Of a stretch of 32,000 bases of DNA, positions 13,504 through 23,415 are shown piece by piece. The stretch comes from Candidatus Methylomirabilis oxygeniifera (GTDB taxonomy: Bacteria; Methylomirabilota; Methylomirabilia; Methylomirabilales; Methylomirabilaceae), in NCBI GenBank assembly GCA_000091165.1, contig FP565575.1, positions 990,001 to 1,022,000 on the forward strand, written 5' to 3'. Position 1 is the first letter of the stretch; each line of letters begins with the position of its first letter. Below the pieces are notes generated by a model. It saw nothing but the letters and a program-made list of their open reading frames with translations, did not search any database and had not been told where the DNA came from. Made by a program: the position numbers and the translations under genes.

Positions 13504-13817
13504 CGGTATCATAATCACTTTATAATCATAATTCTTAACTGTAAGTTGCGGGTAACAGTGTAGTACGACGCCAGCAACCGCTCAAAACGTCGTAATCGAG
13601 TGGGGGTCTGTGTCAAGATACCCGGAGACAGGCATGATGAGTTCATAAAAGAAGGCTTAGAGTTTTCATCAATCGCCGTTCTTTCTTCTGTCCTCAACGC
13701 GAGCTTCGCAGCGCCCCACGCAAAGAAGGCAGACGCTCGCCAATCCCTCCGTGCATGTTGTTTCAGCCATCCGCTTCTCTTTACATCATCTCCGCTTTAT
13801 GCTATAGGAAAGTAGGA

Positions 13818-14435
13818 ATGGGAACGACTAGGTGTATACGGATCGTATGGACTGCAGTGGTCTGGATCGCCACAGCCCTGGCTTTTGGGGTGTTCGGTAA
13901 CGCATTGGCGGCGTCCGGTGAAGAGACACCCGGGTCTACAGCAGACGTTAAGATTACGAAATTCCATCTCGTGGAAACCAAGGATGGGAAGACGCTCTGG
14001 GAGGTGTGGGGCGATCGCGGTGAGATCTTTGAGAAGGGAGAGGTTGCAAAGGTAGTGAAGGTGGCGAATCCGGTGACCGTCGTACTCCATTCTGAGCACG
14101 GCAAGTTGACGGCTCGGTCCGATAGCGCTCGAGTGAATATGCGGACGAAGGATATCCGTCTGGAAGGTAATGTGACGGCGACCTCGGAGCAGGGGAATAG
14201 TCTGCAGACCGAGTCCCTGGACTGGTTGGCGAAGGATCGTCTCGTCTCCACTCGACTACCGGTTACACTGGTCAGAGGCCGGCTGACGAGTTGGGGTGTA
14301 GGGATGGAGGCGGAGACCGATCTTGAACGTGCGACGTTCTTAAGCCGTGTGCGGTCGCATGTGGCGCCAGAGAGTGTCGGGAAGAAGGCGAAAGGTGGTT
14401 CTCGCGCGCGAACGCGAAATGGAGGAACTCAGTGA
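13818..14435 (+). CDS. lptC: LPS export system protein LptC
   Basis: An internal ATG at 13818 starts an N-terminal anchor (IRIVWTAVVWIATALAFGVF), followed by an OstA/LptC-like beta-jellyroll pattern (ITKFHLVETKDGKTLWEVWGDRGEI...ARVNMRTKDIRLEGNV). It sits directly upstream of lptA-lptB, with a 4-nt GTGA overlap with lptA. Confidence 0.75.
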   Translation: MGTTRCIRIVWTAVVWIATALAFGVFGNALAASGEETPGSTADVKITKFHLVETKDGKTLWEVWGDRGEIFEKGEVAKVVKVANPVTVVLHSEHGKLTARSDSARVNMRTKDIRLEGNVTATSEQGNSLQTESLDWLAKDRLVSTRLPVTLVRGRLTSWGVGMEAETDLERATFLSRVRSHVAPESVGKKAKGGSRARTRNGGTQ

Positions 14436-14995
14436 GCTACCGTGGTTGGTTTGCCGCCGTCGTGATGCTGGTGAATCTCGCCGTACCGCTCGGGCTCGGA
14501 TTTGCTCAGGAGCAGCCGAAAGGAAAGTACCCGGTCACGATCACCTCGGATCGTCTGGAGGTCAACCGAAAACTCCACACCGCCATCTATACCGGCAACG
14601 TCATGGCTGACGACAAGGACCGGGATATGGTTGTCCTGGCTGACAAGATGGAGTTCCTCTTTGATGAAAAGATGGAACGGATCCAAAAGGGGATCGCCAC
14701 CGGAAATGTAAGGGCGACTATTAAGGAGAAAAGAGTCACCGCCGATCAACTGGAGTTGTTTCCCGATGAAGATAAGGCCGTCTTGACGGGGAATCCCAGG
14801 GCTTGGCAGGATAATGATCTTGTTACCGGAACAAAGATGACGATCTTCTCAAAGGAGGACAGGGCGATCGTTGAAGGCGAGCCCTCGAAGCGCGTCACAG
14901 CGATCCTGTATCCGAAGTCTGAGGGAGCGGGGCGATCCGAACCGCAAGCGCCAGGCAAGACCGATAAGCCGGCAACAACGCAGGGGGGGTCTTGA
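14432..14995 (+). CDS. lptA: LPS transport periplasmic protein LptA (OstA-like)
   Basis: A signal peptide is followed by ITSDRLEVNRKLHTAIYTGNV.......LADKMEF......I....ATGNV.......RVTADQLELFPDEDKAVLTGNPRAWQDNDLVTG.KMT. It lies between lptC and lptB. Confidence 0.8.
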   Translation: MSYRGWFAAVVMLVNLAVPLGLGFAQEQPKGKYPVTITSDRLEVNRKLHTAIYTGNVMADDKDRDMVVLADKMEFLFDEKMERIQKGIATGNVRATIKEKRVTADQLELFPDEDKAVLTGNPRAWQDNDLVTGTKMTIFSKEDRAIVEGEPSKRVTAILYPKSEGAGRSEPQAPGKTDKPATTQGGS

Positions 14996-15001
14996 GCCGG
15001 G

Positions 15002-15727
15002 ATGGAGCGGACCCTTCGAACAGATAATCTCGTCAAGTCATTTAAGGGTCGAACGGTCGTAGCCGGCGTCAGTATCAGTCTCGAGGCCGGAGAGGTGGTG
15101 GGTCTGCTGGGACCCAATGGCGCTGGAAAGACGACGACCTTCTATATGGTCCTTGGGCTGCTGAAGCCGGATCGTGGCCAAGTCATATTAAATGGGGAAG
15201 ATGTCACTGACCTTCCAGTATATAAACGAGCCCGTAAGGGCTTAGGATTTCTCCCTCAGGAGCCCTCGATCTTTCGTAAGCTGACGGTGGAACAGAACGT
15301 CATGGCGATTCTTGAGATTCTGGACCTGTCAGAAGAAGAGCGACGGCAACGGCTCGAGAGCCTGCTTCAGGAGCTGGATCTTACCCACCTTGCCAAGAGT
15401 AAAGCCTACACGCTATCAGGCGGGGAGCGGCGCCGAGCGGAGATCACCCGAGCGCTGGTCACATCCCCGAATTTCATGTTGCTGGATGAACCGTTTGCGG
15501 GAATTGATCCCATCGCCATAGCGGATATCCAGACCATCATCGCTCGACTCAAACAGAAGGGTGTTGGCGTCTTAATCACCGACCACAACGTGCGTGAAAC
15601 CTTGCAGATTGTTGATCGCGCGTATCTGATCTACGAAGGTCGGGTGTTAGTCTCCGGGACCGCCCAGGAGTTGGCATCGGATGAACGGGCCAGGGAGATC
15701 TACCTGGGCGAGCGGTTTAGTCTCTAG
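15002..15727 (+). CDS. lptB: LPS export ABC transporter ATP-binding protein LptB
   Basis: Walker A is GPNGAGKTT, the signature is [11 protein letters not shown] and Walker B is [13 protein letters not shown]. The length of 241 aa and the position before rpoN fit LptB. Confidence 0.9.
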   Translation: MERTLRTDNLVKSFKGRTVVAGVSISLEAGEVVGLLGPNGAGKTTTFYMVLGLLKPDRGQVILNGEDVTDLPVYKRARKGLGFLPQEPSIFRKLTVEQNVMAILEILDLSEEERRQRLESLLQELDLTHLAKSKAYTLSGGERRRAEITRALVTSPNFMLLDEPFAGIDPIAIADIQTIIARLKQKGVGVLITDHNVRETLQIVDRAYLIYEGRVLVSGTAQELASDERAREIYLGERFSL

Positions 15728-15738
15728 GGGTGATCGTG

Positions 15739-17163
15739 ATGGCGTTTGAAGCGAAACTTAGTCTGCGACAGATGCAGAAGATGGTGATGACGCCGATGCT
15801 GCAGCAGGCGATTCACCTGTTGCAGTTGTCGCGGATGGAGCTGCTTCAAGCGGTGCGGCAGGAGGTTGAGCAGAATCCGGTTCTGGAAGAGTTGATAGAA
15901 GGGGTAGAGGAACCGGATGAGGCGTCGGCATTGAAAACCGTTGCTGAGGAGCCGACAACCGAACGCAACGGGGAAGGGGATACTGCGGAGATCGATTGGG
16001 ACAGTTATCTTCAGGATGCCTCAGACTATCGGCCGACCATCCAATACGAGTCGATCGAACGATTCGACAGCGAAAACCTGTTAACCAGGTCAAACTCCCT
16101 CCAGGACCATCTGCTTTTTCAGCTTCACCTGACCGTCAGGGACGATGAACTCCTCAAGTTGGGCAGCCTCATCATCGGAGAGCTCGACGACAACGGCTAC
16201 CTGCGTAGCAGCCTCGATGAACTCGCGCCACTGGTCAGCGCACCCTTGGAGTCGATGGAATCGGCGCTTCAGCTCATCCAGAGTTTCGATCCTGCCGGGG
16301 TGGGGGCGCGGGATCTTCGAGAATGTCTGCTTATTCAGCTCAGAATAGGGCCGAAGGAGCATGCGCTGGCGGAATCCATTGTCAATAGTTACCTTCCCGA
16401 TCTGGAGCGTCACCGTTTCGCCAAAATTGCGGCTGCGCTCGGCGCATCGCTCAGAGAGGTGCAAGAGGCGATGACGCTTATCGCCTCACTGGAACCAAAG
16501 CCGGGTAAGAACTACAGCAGTGAAGAGCCCCAATATATTACGCCCGATGTCTATATTCTCAAGATCGATGGACGATTGCTGGTGGCGCTGAACGAAGACG
16601 GGCTCCCGCGCCTTCGAGTCAGTCGATATTATCGGCAGATCCTGTCCAAGCAAGCGCTTGCCTCGCGCGAGGCCAAAGGTTATGTTGAAGAGAAGATGCG
16701 CTCCGCCCTATGGTTCATCCGAAGCATTGAACAGCGGAAAAGGACGCTCATCAAGGTGGCCGAAAGTCTGGTCAAATACCAGAGAGAGTTCTTCGAGTAT
16801 GGGCTCTCCCACCTTAAGCCTCTGACGCTTCGCGAAGTGGCTGATGACATCTCGATGCACGAGTCCACCATCAGTCGAGTGACCACCAATAAGTATGTGC
16901 AAACCCCGCAAGGGCTCTTCGGACTGAAATATTTTTTCCATCGTGGTGTTCCATCAACCGTTGGTGAAGTCGTGTCTTCTCGAAGGGTGAGGGACCTGGT
17001 CCGCCGATATCTGACGGAAGAAGATTCCAGTAAGCCGCTGAGTGACCAGAAGATTGTGGAGATTCTGGCGAAGGTGCACGGGGTTGAGATCGCCCGTCGA
17101 ACCGTGGCCAAGTATCGTGGTCAACTCAAGATCCCCTCATCCAATCAACGTCGCTACGTGTAG
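15739..17163 (+). CDS. rpoN: RNA polymerase sigma-54 factor
   Basis: The N-terminal Gln/Leu-rich region is L.LRQMQKMVMTPMLQQAIHLLQLS and the C-terminal RpoN box is ARRTVAKYR. GGGGTGA lies 5 nt before the ATG at 15739; the track start is GTG 15730. Confidence 0.9.
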   Translation: MAFEAKLSLRQMQKMVMTPMLQQAIHLLQLSRMELLQAVRQEVEQNPVLEELIEGVEEPDEASALKTVAEEPTTERNGEGDTAEIDWDSYLQDASDYRPTIQYESIERFDSENLLTRSNSLQDHLLFQLHLTVRDDELLKLGSLIIGELDDNGYLRSSLDELAPLVSAPLESMESALQLIQSFDPAGVGARDLRECLLIQLRIGPKEHALAESIVNSYLPDLERHRFAKIAAALGASLREVQEAMTLIASLEPKPGKNYSSEEPQYITPDVYILKIDGRLLVALNEDGLPRLRVSRYYRQILSKQALASREAKGYVEEKMRSALWFIRSIEQRKRTLIKVAESLVKYQREFFEYGLSHLKPLTLREVADDISMHESTISRVTTNKYVQTPQGLFGLKYFFHRGVPSTVGEVVSSRRVRDLVRRYLTEEDSSKPLSDQKIVEILAKVHGVEIARRTVAKYRGQLKIPSSNQRRYV

Positions 17164-17204
17164 ACGGTACATAGACATCCCATTCTCTGACGAGGAGTCA
17201 ACCG

Positions 17205-17747
17205 ATGCAGATTACGATTACGACTCGCAATCTCGAGATCACCGAACCCCTCAGACATTACGCAGAGGAGAAGATCACTCGCCTGCAGAAGTTCGTCAAT
17301 CAGATTACCTCAGCTCATGTCGTCCTATCGGTCGAGAAGCATCGACAGATCGCTGAGGTGACGCTCCACGTGCGAGAGCATACGATCCGAGGAGAAGAAT
17401 CGAGTACGGACCTGTACTCGGCCATCGATCTTGTCGCCGACAAGATCGAGCGTCAGATTCTTCGCTATAAGGAGAAGATTGTGGAGCACTCCGGTCGAGG
17501 CTCCGGTCGGTCGCTTTCTCCGGAAGAGATAGGGCCTGCAGAGAGCGAGCCCTTTTCGGAAGACGGTCCCCGCATCGTCAAGACGAAGCAGTTTGCCATG
17601 AAGCCGCTCTCCCCGGACGAGGCCGCCATGCAGATGAGCCTGTTGGGCCACAATTTTTTTGTGTTCCGAAATGCTCGCACTCAGGAGGTCAACGTGCTGT
17701 ATCGAAGACGCGATGGGGATTACGGCTTAATTGAACCGGTAGGTTGA
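17205..17747 (+). CDS. hpf: Ribosome hibernation promoting factor (long HPF)
   Basis: MQITITTRNLEITEPLRHYAEEKI.RL.KF... is followed by a C-terminal dimerisation domain (IVKTKQFAMKPLSPDEAAMQMSLLGHNFFVFRNARTQEVNVLYRRRDGDYGLIEP). It is located after rpoN. Confidence 0.9.
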   Translation: MQITITTRNLEITEPLRHYAEEKITRLQKFVNQITSAHVVLSVEKHRQIAEVTLHVREHTIRGEESSTDLYSAIDLVADKIERQILRYKEKIVEHSGRGSGRSLSPEEIGPAESEPFSEDGPRIVKTKQFAMKPLSPDEAAMQMSLLGHNFFVFRNARTQEVNVLYRRRDGDYGLIEPVG

Positions 17748-17802
17748 GCGACCCTACCCGCAACGTACGGCATGAGGGCGACGACGTGAAGGGTACGATA
17801 CA

Positions 17803-18669
17803 GTGAAGACGGCTGAAGTCGTCATTGTCACGGGGGTATCCGGAGCCGGCAAGAGTCAGGCGATCAAGTGCTTGGAAGACATCGGTTTTTTCTGCATCGA
17901 TAACCTGCCGACCACATTGATCCCCACCTTCGTTCGACTCTGCACGCAATCGGAGCATGCGATTGAGCGCGTCGGTCTTGTCATCGATGTTCGGGGTGGC
18001 GAGTTTCTAGCACCGCTGTTCGATATCTTGACGATGCTTCGGACCGATGGGCATACCGTGAAGATCGTGTTTCTGGACGCGTACGATGAGGTCCTTGTGC
18101 GGCGCTTCAGCGAGAGTCGACGCCCGCACCCCCTTGCGGCCGGAAAGTCGGCTCTGGAAGGAATTACGGCAGAGCGGCAGATGCTGGCGCGCCTACGTGA
18201 CGATGCCGATCTCATTATCGATACGAGTGCGTTGAACATTCATGACCTGAAGCGGTTTCTCTCGCAGGCATTCGTGAGAGAGCGGCCGATGGCTAAGATC
18301 GGTCTCTCCCTGGTCTCTTTCGGCTATAAGCACGGACTGCCGTTCGATGCGGATATCGTCTTCGATACCCGATTTTTGCCCAGTCCCCATTTCATCGATG
18401 ATCTGCGGCCGCTGACCGGCCTTGATTCGCAGATCGGCGAGTTTCTCATGCGGACCTCTGTGACCAAGCCTTACCTGGAACGCCTGGTCGATTTACTCGA
18501 CTTTGTCGTCCCTCTCTGTGAGGAGGAGGGTCGCGCCTATCTGACTGTCGCGCTCGGCTGTACCGGCGGGCATCACCGTTCGGTCTTCTTTGCAGAACAG
18601 CTCGCCGGTCATTTTCGGGAGACCGGCTATCAGATCAATGTCCGGCACCGTGACATCGAAAAGGCCTGA
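17803..18669 (+). CDS. rapZ: RNase adapter / nucleotide-binding protein RapZ
   Basis: P-loop VTGVSGAGKS. Other conserved segments are FCIDNLP, FLDA.DEVLVRRFSE.RR.HPL, SFGYKHG.P.DAD.VFD.RFLPSPH and a C-terminal GCTGG.HRSV. Confidence 0.9.
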   Translation: MKTAEVVIVTGVSGAGKSQAIKCLEDIGFFCIDNLPTTLIPTFVRLCTQSEHAIERVGLVIDVRGGEFLAPLFDILTMLRTDGHTVKIVFLDAYDEVLVRRFSESRRPHPLAAGKSALEGITAERQMLARLRDDADLIIDTSALNIHDLKRFLSQAFVRERPMAKIGLSLVSFGYKHGLPFDADIVFDTRFLPSPHFIDDLRPLTGLDSQIGEFLMRTSVTKPYLERLVDLLDFVVPLCEEEGRAYLTVALGCTGGHHRSVFFAEQLAGHFRETGYQINVRHRDIEKA

Positions 18670-18773
18670 CGGTGCAGTCAGCGCAGCCAGGAGACAGGGA
18701 GAGCAGTTAGTCGACACAGAACCTCTCGTCTCCCGAATCTCAAAGGACGGGACAGACCGGTGAGCGCCAAGAG

Positions 18774-19568
18774 ATGCCCTCCGCAGGCCGATTTCTGAGG
18801 ATGGGCGCTTCTGCCGGTTCCATCAATATGGGGATCGATGAAGCGCTTGCCACTCTGTGCCGGGATAGCGCGACGCTGCGATTTTACGCGTGGGAGTCGC
18901 CCACACTTTCTATCGGTTACGCTCAACGGTGCGACGACATCGATTTGACAGCCTGTCGCACAGCCATGGTTGCGTTAGTACGTCGTCCTACGGGCGGTCG
19001 AGCGGTGCTGCACCAGCAGGACCTGACGTACAGTCTGATCCTGCCGCTACGCCCACCCTGGACAACGTATTCGATTGCAGAGAGTTATCGCCTGATTAAT
19101 ATGTGCCTGCTCCGGGGCCTTGAAAGGCTCGGTCTGAAGGTGACGATCGGGCGTCGCCCCAGACAGGCTGCTGGGGCGCCGTCTCCGTTTTGCTTTCCGG
19201 CTATCTCGCAGTATGAACTCCTGGTGGGTGGAAAAAAGATGATCGGTTCGGCCCAACGACGATTTCCAGCGGCACTTCTTCAACAGGGGAGTATTCTATT
19301 GGATTTCGATCCTTCCGGCACCGTTGCTCTTCTCTATCCAGACGAACAGGCTGCAGCGGCCGGTGCCATCGGGGCAGTAGGATCGTTGCGCGAAGTGCTG
19401 GGACGACTTCCCGATCGTCGGGAGGTGGAGACGGCGATTCGGCATGGGTTCGCATCGGAGATGGGGATCGAACTCGTGGAAGGCGAGCTTGAACCGGAGG
19501 AGTGCGAGCTGTCCATGCAGTGTGCCGTCGCCCGCTATGCCTCACCGGATTGGACCTTCCGTCGCTGA
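18774..19568 (+). CDS. Lipoate-protein ligase / octanoyltransferase family protein (BPL_LplA_LipB domain)
   Basis: The matching segments are NMGIDEAL......ATLRFY.W..PTLSIGY.Q.........C......LVRRPTGGRAVLH..DLTYSLI and CF......YELLVGGKK..GSAQRR......QQGSILLD. Confidence 0.75.
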   Translation: MPSAGRFLRMGASAGSINMGIDEALATLCRDSATLRFYAWESPTLSIGYAQRCDDIDLTACRTAMVALVRRPTGGRAVLHQQDLTYSLILPLRPPWTTYSIAESYRLINMCLLRGLERLGLKVTIGRRPRQAAGAPSPFCFPAISQYELLVGGKKMIGSAQRRFPAALLQQGSILLDFDPSGTVALLYPDEQAAAAGAIGAVGSLREVLGRLPDRREVETAIRHGFASEMGIELVEGELEPEECELSMQCAVARYASPDWTFRR

Positions 19569-19821
19569 GAGCGTGCGGGATCGACCTTGACAGCTTCATT
19601 CAGCGTTTGCTACGGTACGTTTGTGATAGTATAGCATTTTTGCGGGGGTATATGACTGCGGGAAAGCGGGCAGCTTGCATTGAAAAGTGGGGGCCATAGA
19701 GAAGATATGATGGCGCTGATCCTGGTAGCTCCACAGGAAGACAAGAGTGGTTGAGCGCGGCGGACGCGATCGAGAAGAGTCGATGGAAGTGGGGCAAGAT
19801 TTCAAGGGGTCGAGAGTCTAC

Positions 19822-20370
19822 ATGAACCTGCCCAACAAGCTCACGCTTGGGAGAATCTTCCTGGTACCCTTTATCATCGTCTTTTTGGTTGTGGGAGAGA
19901 AGGTCCCGAACTATACGGCGGGTGTCATCTTCCTGGCCGCGGTCCTGACCGACTGGCTGGATGGCCGGATCGCTCGTACCACCAAGCAGGTTACGACACT
20001 GGGTAAGCTGCTCGACCCGATTGCCGATAAGCTGCTTATTTCGACGGCGCTCATCGCGCTGGTGCAGATCGGTCGCGCACCCGCCTGGATGGTCGTGCTG
20101 GTTGTCGGTCGTGAGCTGGCTATTACCGGGCTCAGGACGGTCGCTGCCTCGCAGAGTATCATTATCCACGCCAGCGATTTCGGGAAGTACAAGATGCTGG
20201 CTGAAGTAGCGGCGGTGACGTTCCTGATTCTTGACTGGCCCCCGCAATGGGATTTTATGGGCACCCAGTCGCTGGGCTTTTTGTGTCTGTGGGCGGCGAT
20301 TGCATTGAGTATTGCGTCGGGCATCGACTATTTCTTAAAGTTCTGGAAACTGATCGATCTGAGTCGATAA
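19822..20370 (+). CDS. pgsA: CDP-diacylglycerol--glycerol-3-phosphate 3-phosphatidyltransferase
   Basis: An internal ATG at 19822 gives MNLPNKLTLGRIFLVPF... The CDP-alcohol phosphatidyltransferase motif is DWLDGRIARTTKQVTTLGKLLDPIADK. The track ORF begins upstream at 19747 with non-homologous residues. Confidence 0.85.
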   Translation: MNLPNKLTLGRIFLVPFIIVFLVVGEKVPNYTAGVIFLAAVLTDWLDGRIARTTKQVTTLGKLLDPIADKLLISTALIALVQIGRAPAWMVVLVVGRELAITGLRTVAASQSIIIHASDFGKYKMLAEVAAVTFLILDWPPQWDFMGTQSLGFLCLWAAIALSIASGIDYFLKFWKLIDLSR

Positions 20371-20392
20371 ACCGTTTGGTCATCGGAGGATA

Positions 20393-21025
20393 ATGAGCGT
20401 CAGCGTGTGGCTTGTTCCGTTGGGATATCTGGCCGGCTCGATTCCATTCGGTCTTTTGATCGCCAAATTAACGACCGGAGTAGATGTACGGAAAGCCGGG
20501 AGCGGTAACATCGGCGCCACCAATGTCCTTCGTGTCGTAGGTTCCGGAGCCGGCGCACTCACTCTTGCCCTGGACGCGCTGAAGGGATGGGCGCCTGTCG
20601 CGTTGAGCCAACTCCTCGGCGCGCCGGAGCTGCTCGTTGCTGCGATCGGACTGGCTGCATTTCTGGGTCATCTCTATCCGCTCTTTCTCGGCTTTCGCGG
20701 GGGAAAGGGAGTCGCCACCGCCCTGGGGGTGCTGCTCGCGCTGTTTGCGAAGATCGCATTACTGATAGTGGGCGTCTGGTTGTTGACCGCCGCCCTCTTT
20801 CGTTATTCGTCTCTTGCGGCCCTCGTCACTACCGTTGCGGCCCCTTTTCTCGTCTGGATCCTGGACGGCCGACAGCCCTATGTAGGGCTGACGATCATCA
20901 TGTGCAGCTTTATCCTCATCCGGCACCGGGAAAACGTGAGCCGCCTTATTGCAGGACACGAAGGGAAGATCGGAAAAAAGCTGCAGGGAGCGGAACTGTC
21001 ACGGCACGATCGGCTCGCCTCGTAG
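20393..21025 (+). CDS. plsY: Glycerol-3-phosphate acyltransferase PlsY
   Basis: YL.GSIPFGLLI........DVRK.GSGNIGATNVLR..G.......L.D.LKG........FLGH.YP.FL.F.GGKGVAT. Confidence 0.9.
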   Translation: MSVSVWLVPLGYLAGSIPFGLLIAKLTTGVDVRKAGSGNIGATNVLRVVGSGAGALTLALDALKGWAPVALSQLLGAPELLVAAIGLAAFLGHLYPLFLGFRGGKGVATALGVLLALFAKIALLIVGVWLLTAALFRYSSLAALVTTVAAPFLVWILDGRQPYVGLTIIMCSFILIRHRENVSRLIAGHEGKIGKKLQGAELSRHDRLAS

Positions 21026-21034
21026 GAGCAACAG

Positions 21035-22273
21035 ATGTCACTTATAGTTCAGAAATACGGCGGCAGCTCGGTAGCGGATGTAGAGCGGATCACAAATGTG
21101 GCGCACCGTGTGGTGGAGACGAAGGTTCAGGGGAACGACCTGGTCGTCGTCGTGTCAGCCATGGCCGGAGAGACAGACCGTCTGTTGGGCCTTGCCGCAA
21201 AGATCTCCGATAGGCCGGACGAACGAGAACTTGACGTCATTGTGGCGACCGGAGAACAGATTTCTATCGGTCTGTTGTCGCTGGCCATCCAACACTATGG
21301 GCATAAGGCCCGCTCTTTTACCGGAGCCCAGGTCAGGATCCAGACCGACACCGCTCATACCAAGGCCAAGATTGTCAGTGTTGAGGTTGACCGAGTACAA
21401 CAGGCATTACGAGAGGGGGCTATCGTCATCGTCGCCGGGTTCCAAGGGGTTACGGCCGAAGAGGACGTGACGACGCTGGGGCGCGGCGGATCCGACCTGA
21501 CGGCGGTCGCCATGGCGGCAGCCCTGAAGGCCGACCTCTGTGAGATCTATACTGATGTAGAGGGAGTCTACACTGCAGACCCGAATATTGTTCCGGAGGC
21601 GAGGAAGCTCGGGAAGATCTCCTATGATGAGATGCTCGAGTTGGCCAGTTTGGGGGCCAAGGTGCTTCAAGCTCGGTCGGTAGAGTATGCCAAGAATTAT
21701 GCCGTACCGATTCACGTCCGTTCCAGTTTCAATACAAACCAGGGGACACTGGTAGTCCAGGAGGATGCAGAGATGGAGAGAGTGGTGGTCTCAGGGATCG
21801 CCTGCGACAGGAACGAGGCGAAGATCACCGTGCTGCGCGTGGCGGATCGGCCGGGGATCGCAGCGAAGCTGTTCGGTCAGGTTGCAGAGGCCAACATTGT
21901 TGTCGATATGATTGTTCAGAATATCAGTCAGGATGGGACCACCGATATTTCGTTCACGGTCCCAAAGTCTGATTTCTCGAAGGCGATGTCGCTCGTGAAC
22001 GCGGTGGCCAAGGAGATTGGCGCCCAGCAGGTTATGGGTGACGACAGGGTCGCCAAGGTCTCCATTGTGGGGGTGGGGATGCGAACTCACTCCGGGGTGG
22101 CTGCGAAGATGTTTGAGGTCCTGTCATGCGAGAACATTAACATCATGATGATCAGTACCTCCGAGATCAAAGTCTCCTGTGTGATCGATGCCAAATATGG
22201 AGAGCTGGCCGTTCGGGTTCTTCATGAAGCCTTCGGCTTGGCCGAGTATAAGCCGGTAGAGGAGCGTGCGTGA
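21035..22273 (+). CDS. lysC: Aspartate kinase (two C-terminal ACT domains)
   Basis: [23 protein letters not shown].........VVVVSAM.GETDRL. Further segments are GFQG.....[36 protein letters not shown] and tandem ACT regions. Confidence 0.9.
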   Translation: MSLIVQKYGGSSVADVERITNVAHRVVETKVQGNDLVVVVSAMAGETDRLLGLAAKISDRPDERELDVIVATGEQISIGLLSLAIQHYGHKARSFTGAQVRIQTDTAHTKAKIVSVEVDRVQQALREGAIVIVAGFQGVTAEEDVTTLGRGGSDLTAVAMAAALKADLCEIYTDVEGVYTADPNIVPEARKLGKISYDEMLELASLGAKVLQARSVEYAKNYAVPIHVRSSFNTNQGTLVVQEDAEMERVVVSGIACDRNEAKITVLRVADRPGIAAKLFGQVAEANIVVDMIVQNISQDGTTDISFTVPKSDFSKAMSLVNAVAKEIGAQQVMGDDRVAKVSIVGVGMRTHSGVAAKMFEVLSCENINIMMISTSEIKVSCVIDAKYGELAVRVLHEAFGLAEYKPVEERA

Positions 22274-22674
22274 AGGGAGCGTATACCAGACGTGAGACGA
22301 TCGTGGCCAGCCTCTTCGGTATGGCGATAGCCGGTCTTGTCTGGGGTCCTGCGCTCCTCAGGCCATTCAGTCATGGTCAAACTATCGATCTCGAAACACT
22401 CCGTCTCCCCGAAGAGCGGGCTCCTGCGCATACTCGCGTATCGTCGACGGCGGCCAGGGTCGCAAAGCCCAGACCGGGCCGTCGCGTAGATATTAATCAT
22501 GCGGATATTGCAGCGCTTCAGACGCTTCCGGGAATCGGTCCGACGCTGGCTCAGCGAATCATCGCCCATCGAAAGGCTTATGGTGTGTTCGGCGATCCCA
22601 GCGGGCTTCTGGAGGTTGATGGGATCGGTTCGAAACGTTTTGGCAAGGTTGAGCCCTGGATCGAGGCTCGTTGA
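22270..22674 (+). CDS. comEA: ComEA-like helix-hairpin-helix DNA-binding protein
   Basis: An N-terminal anchor is followed by [59 protein letters not shown]. The GTG start overlaps the lysC stop. Confidence 0.7.
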   Translation: MKGAYTRRETIVASLFGMAIAGLVWGPALLRPFSHGQTIDLETLRLPEERAPAHTRVSSTAARVAKPRPGRRVDINHADIAALQTLPGIGPTLAQRIIAHRKAYGVFGDPSGLLEVDGIGSKRFGKVEPWIEAR

Positions 22675-22677
22675 GCG

Positions 22678-23415
22678 ATGAGCTATCGCGTTCGTCTAGA
22701 GATGTTCGAGGGGCCGCTGGATCTTCTGTTGTATCTGATCCAGGTCAACGAGATTGATATCTACGATATCCCGATTGCCAAAATTACCCAGGAGTACCTC
22801 GGATGTCTGGCCGAGATGAAAGAGCTGGATTTGGAGGTTGCCGGAGAGTTTCTGGTGCTGGCCGCTACGCTGATCCATATCAAGTCGAAGATGCTCATCC
22901 CGGTCGAAGAAGTGGTAGCGGAGGGGCTGCCGGCAGAGGACCCGCGACAGGAGCTAGTAGAACGCCTACTGGAGTACAAGCGGTTTAAGGATGCGGCCAT
23001 GACGTTTGAGGAGCTGGAAGCGGGCCAGTCGCTCCTCTACGTACGGCCTGCCGATCCCGTAGTTCCGATCGCCGACGGCCCTCTGGAGATCAGTCTCTCC
23101 GCGCTGCTTCGCGCATTTATGACGGTGATGCAGCGAGCGCCGGAGGCCGTAGCGGGCGAAATCACCCCGGAGATGATCAACGTAGGAGAGCGAATGGTGG
23201 CGCTGTTGGATCGGCTGGCGATTCAGAGCCCGGTGTCGTTTATGGCCCTTTTTGAAGGGGTGACGACGCGCCTCCAACTGATCGCCACCTTCCTCGGGCT
23301 GCTCGAACTGTTGCGTCGAGGCCTGGTCCGGGCCAGGCAAACCGATCCGGGGAGCGAGATCACGATCTATCGAACCGTTGAAACGGCAGTGGAGACCGAT
23401 GGACACCCAGGCTGA
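22678..23415 (+). CDS. scpA: Segregation and condensation protein A
   Basis: FEGPLDLLLYLIQVNEIDIYDIPIAKIT.EYL.......L.L..AGEFLV.AATL..IKS.MLIP. It lies upstream of scpB. Confidence 0.9.
   Translation: MSYRVRLEMFEGPLDLLLYLIQVNEIDIYDIPIAKITQEYLGCLAEMKELDLEVAGEFLVLAATLIHIKSKMLIPVEEVVAEGLPAEDPRQELVERLLEYKRFKDAAMTFEELEAGQSLLYVRPADPVVPIADGPLEISLSALLRAFMTVMQRAPEAVAGEITPEMINVGERMVALLDRLAIQSPVSFMALFEGVTTRLQLIATFLGLLELLRRGLVRARQTDPGSEITIYRTVETAVETDGHPG

Noticed and set aside
13279-13563. Track ORFs 13285..13563 (+, 92 aa) and 13279..13518 (-, 79 aa) spanning the micro-ORF region
   Set aside because: Neither has an RBS. Both read straight through the G8/C8 hairpin and through the repeat units in a frame that yields low-complexity sequence (GGNEEDGDQEE on one strand, FFVAAFFFAAA on the other). 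The short frames with duplicated strong SD leaders explain the DNA better.
19569-19821. Unusually long (253 bp) spacer before pgsA, examined for tRNA, SRP/6S/RNase P-like motifs and promoters
   Set aside because: There is no cloverleaf, no GGAA-tetraloop SRP motif and no RNase P GAGGAAAGUCC core. Only a TTGACA (19587-19592) with a weak -10 (TACGGT) and a few 4-bp palindromes are present. This is not enough to call an RNA gene.
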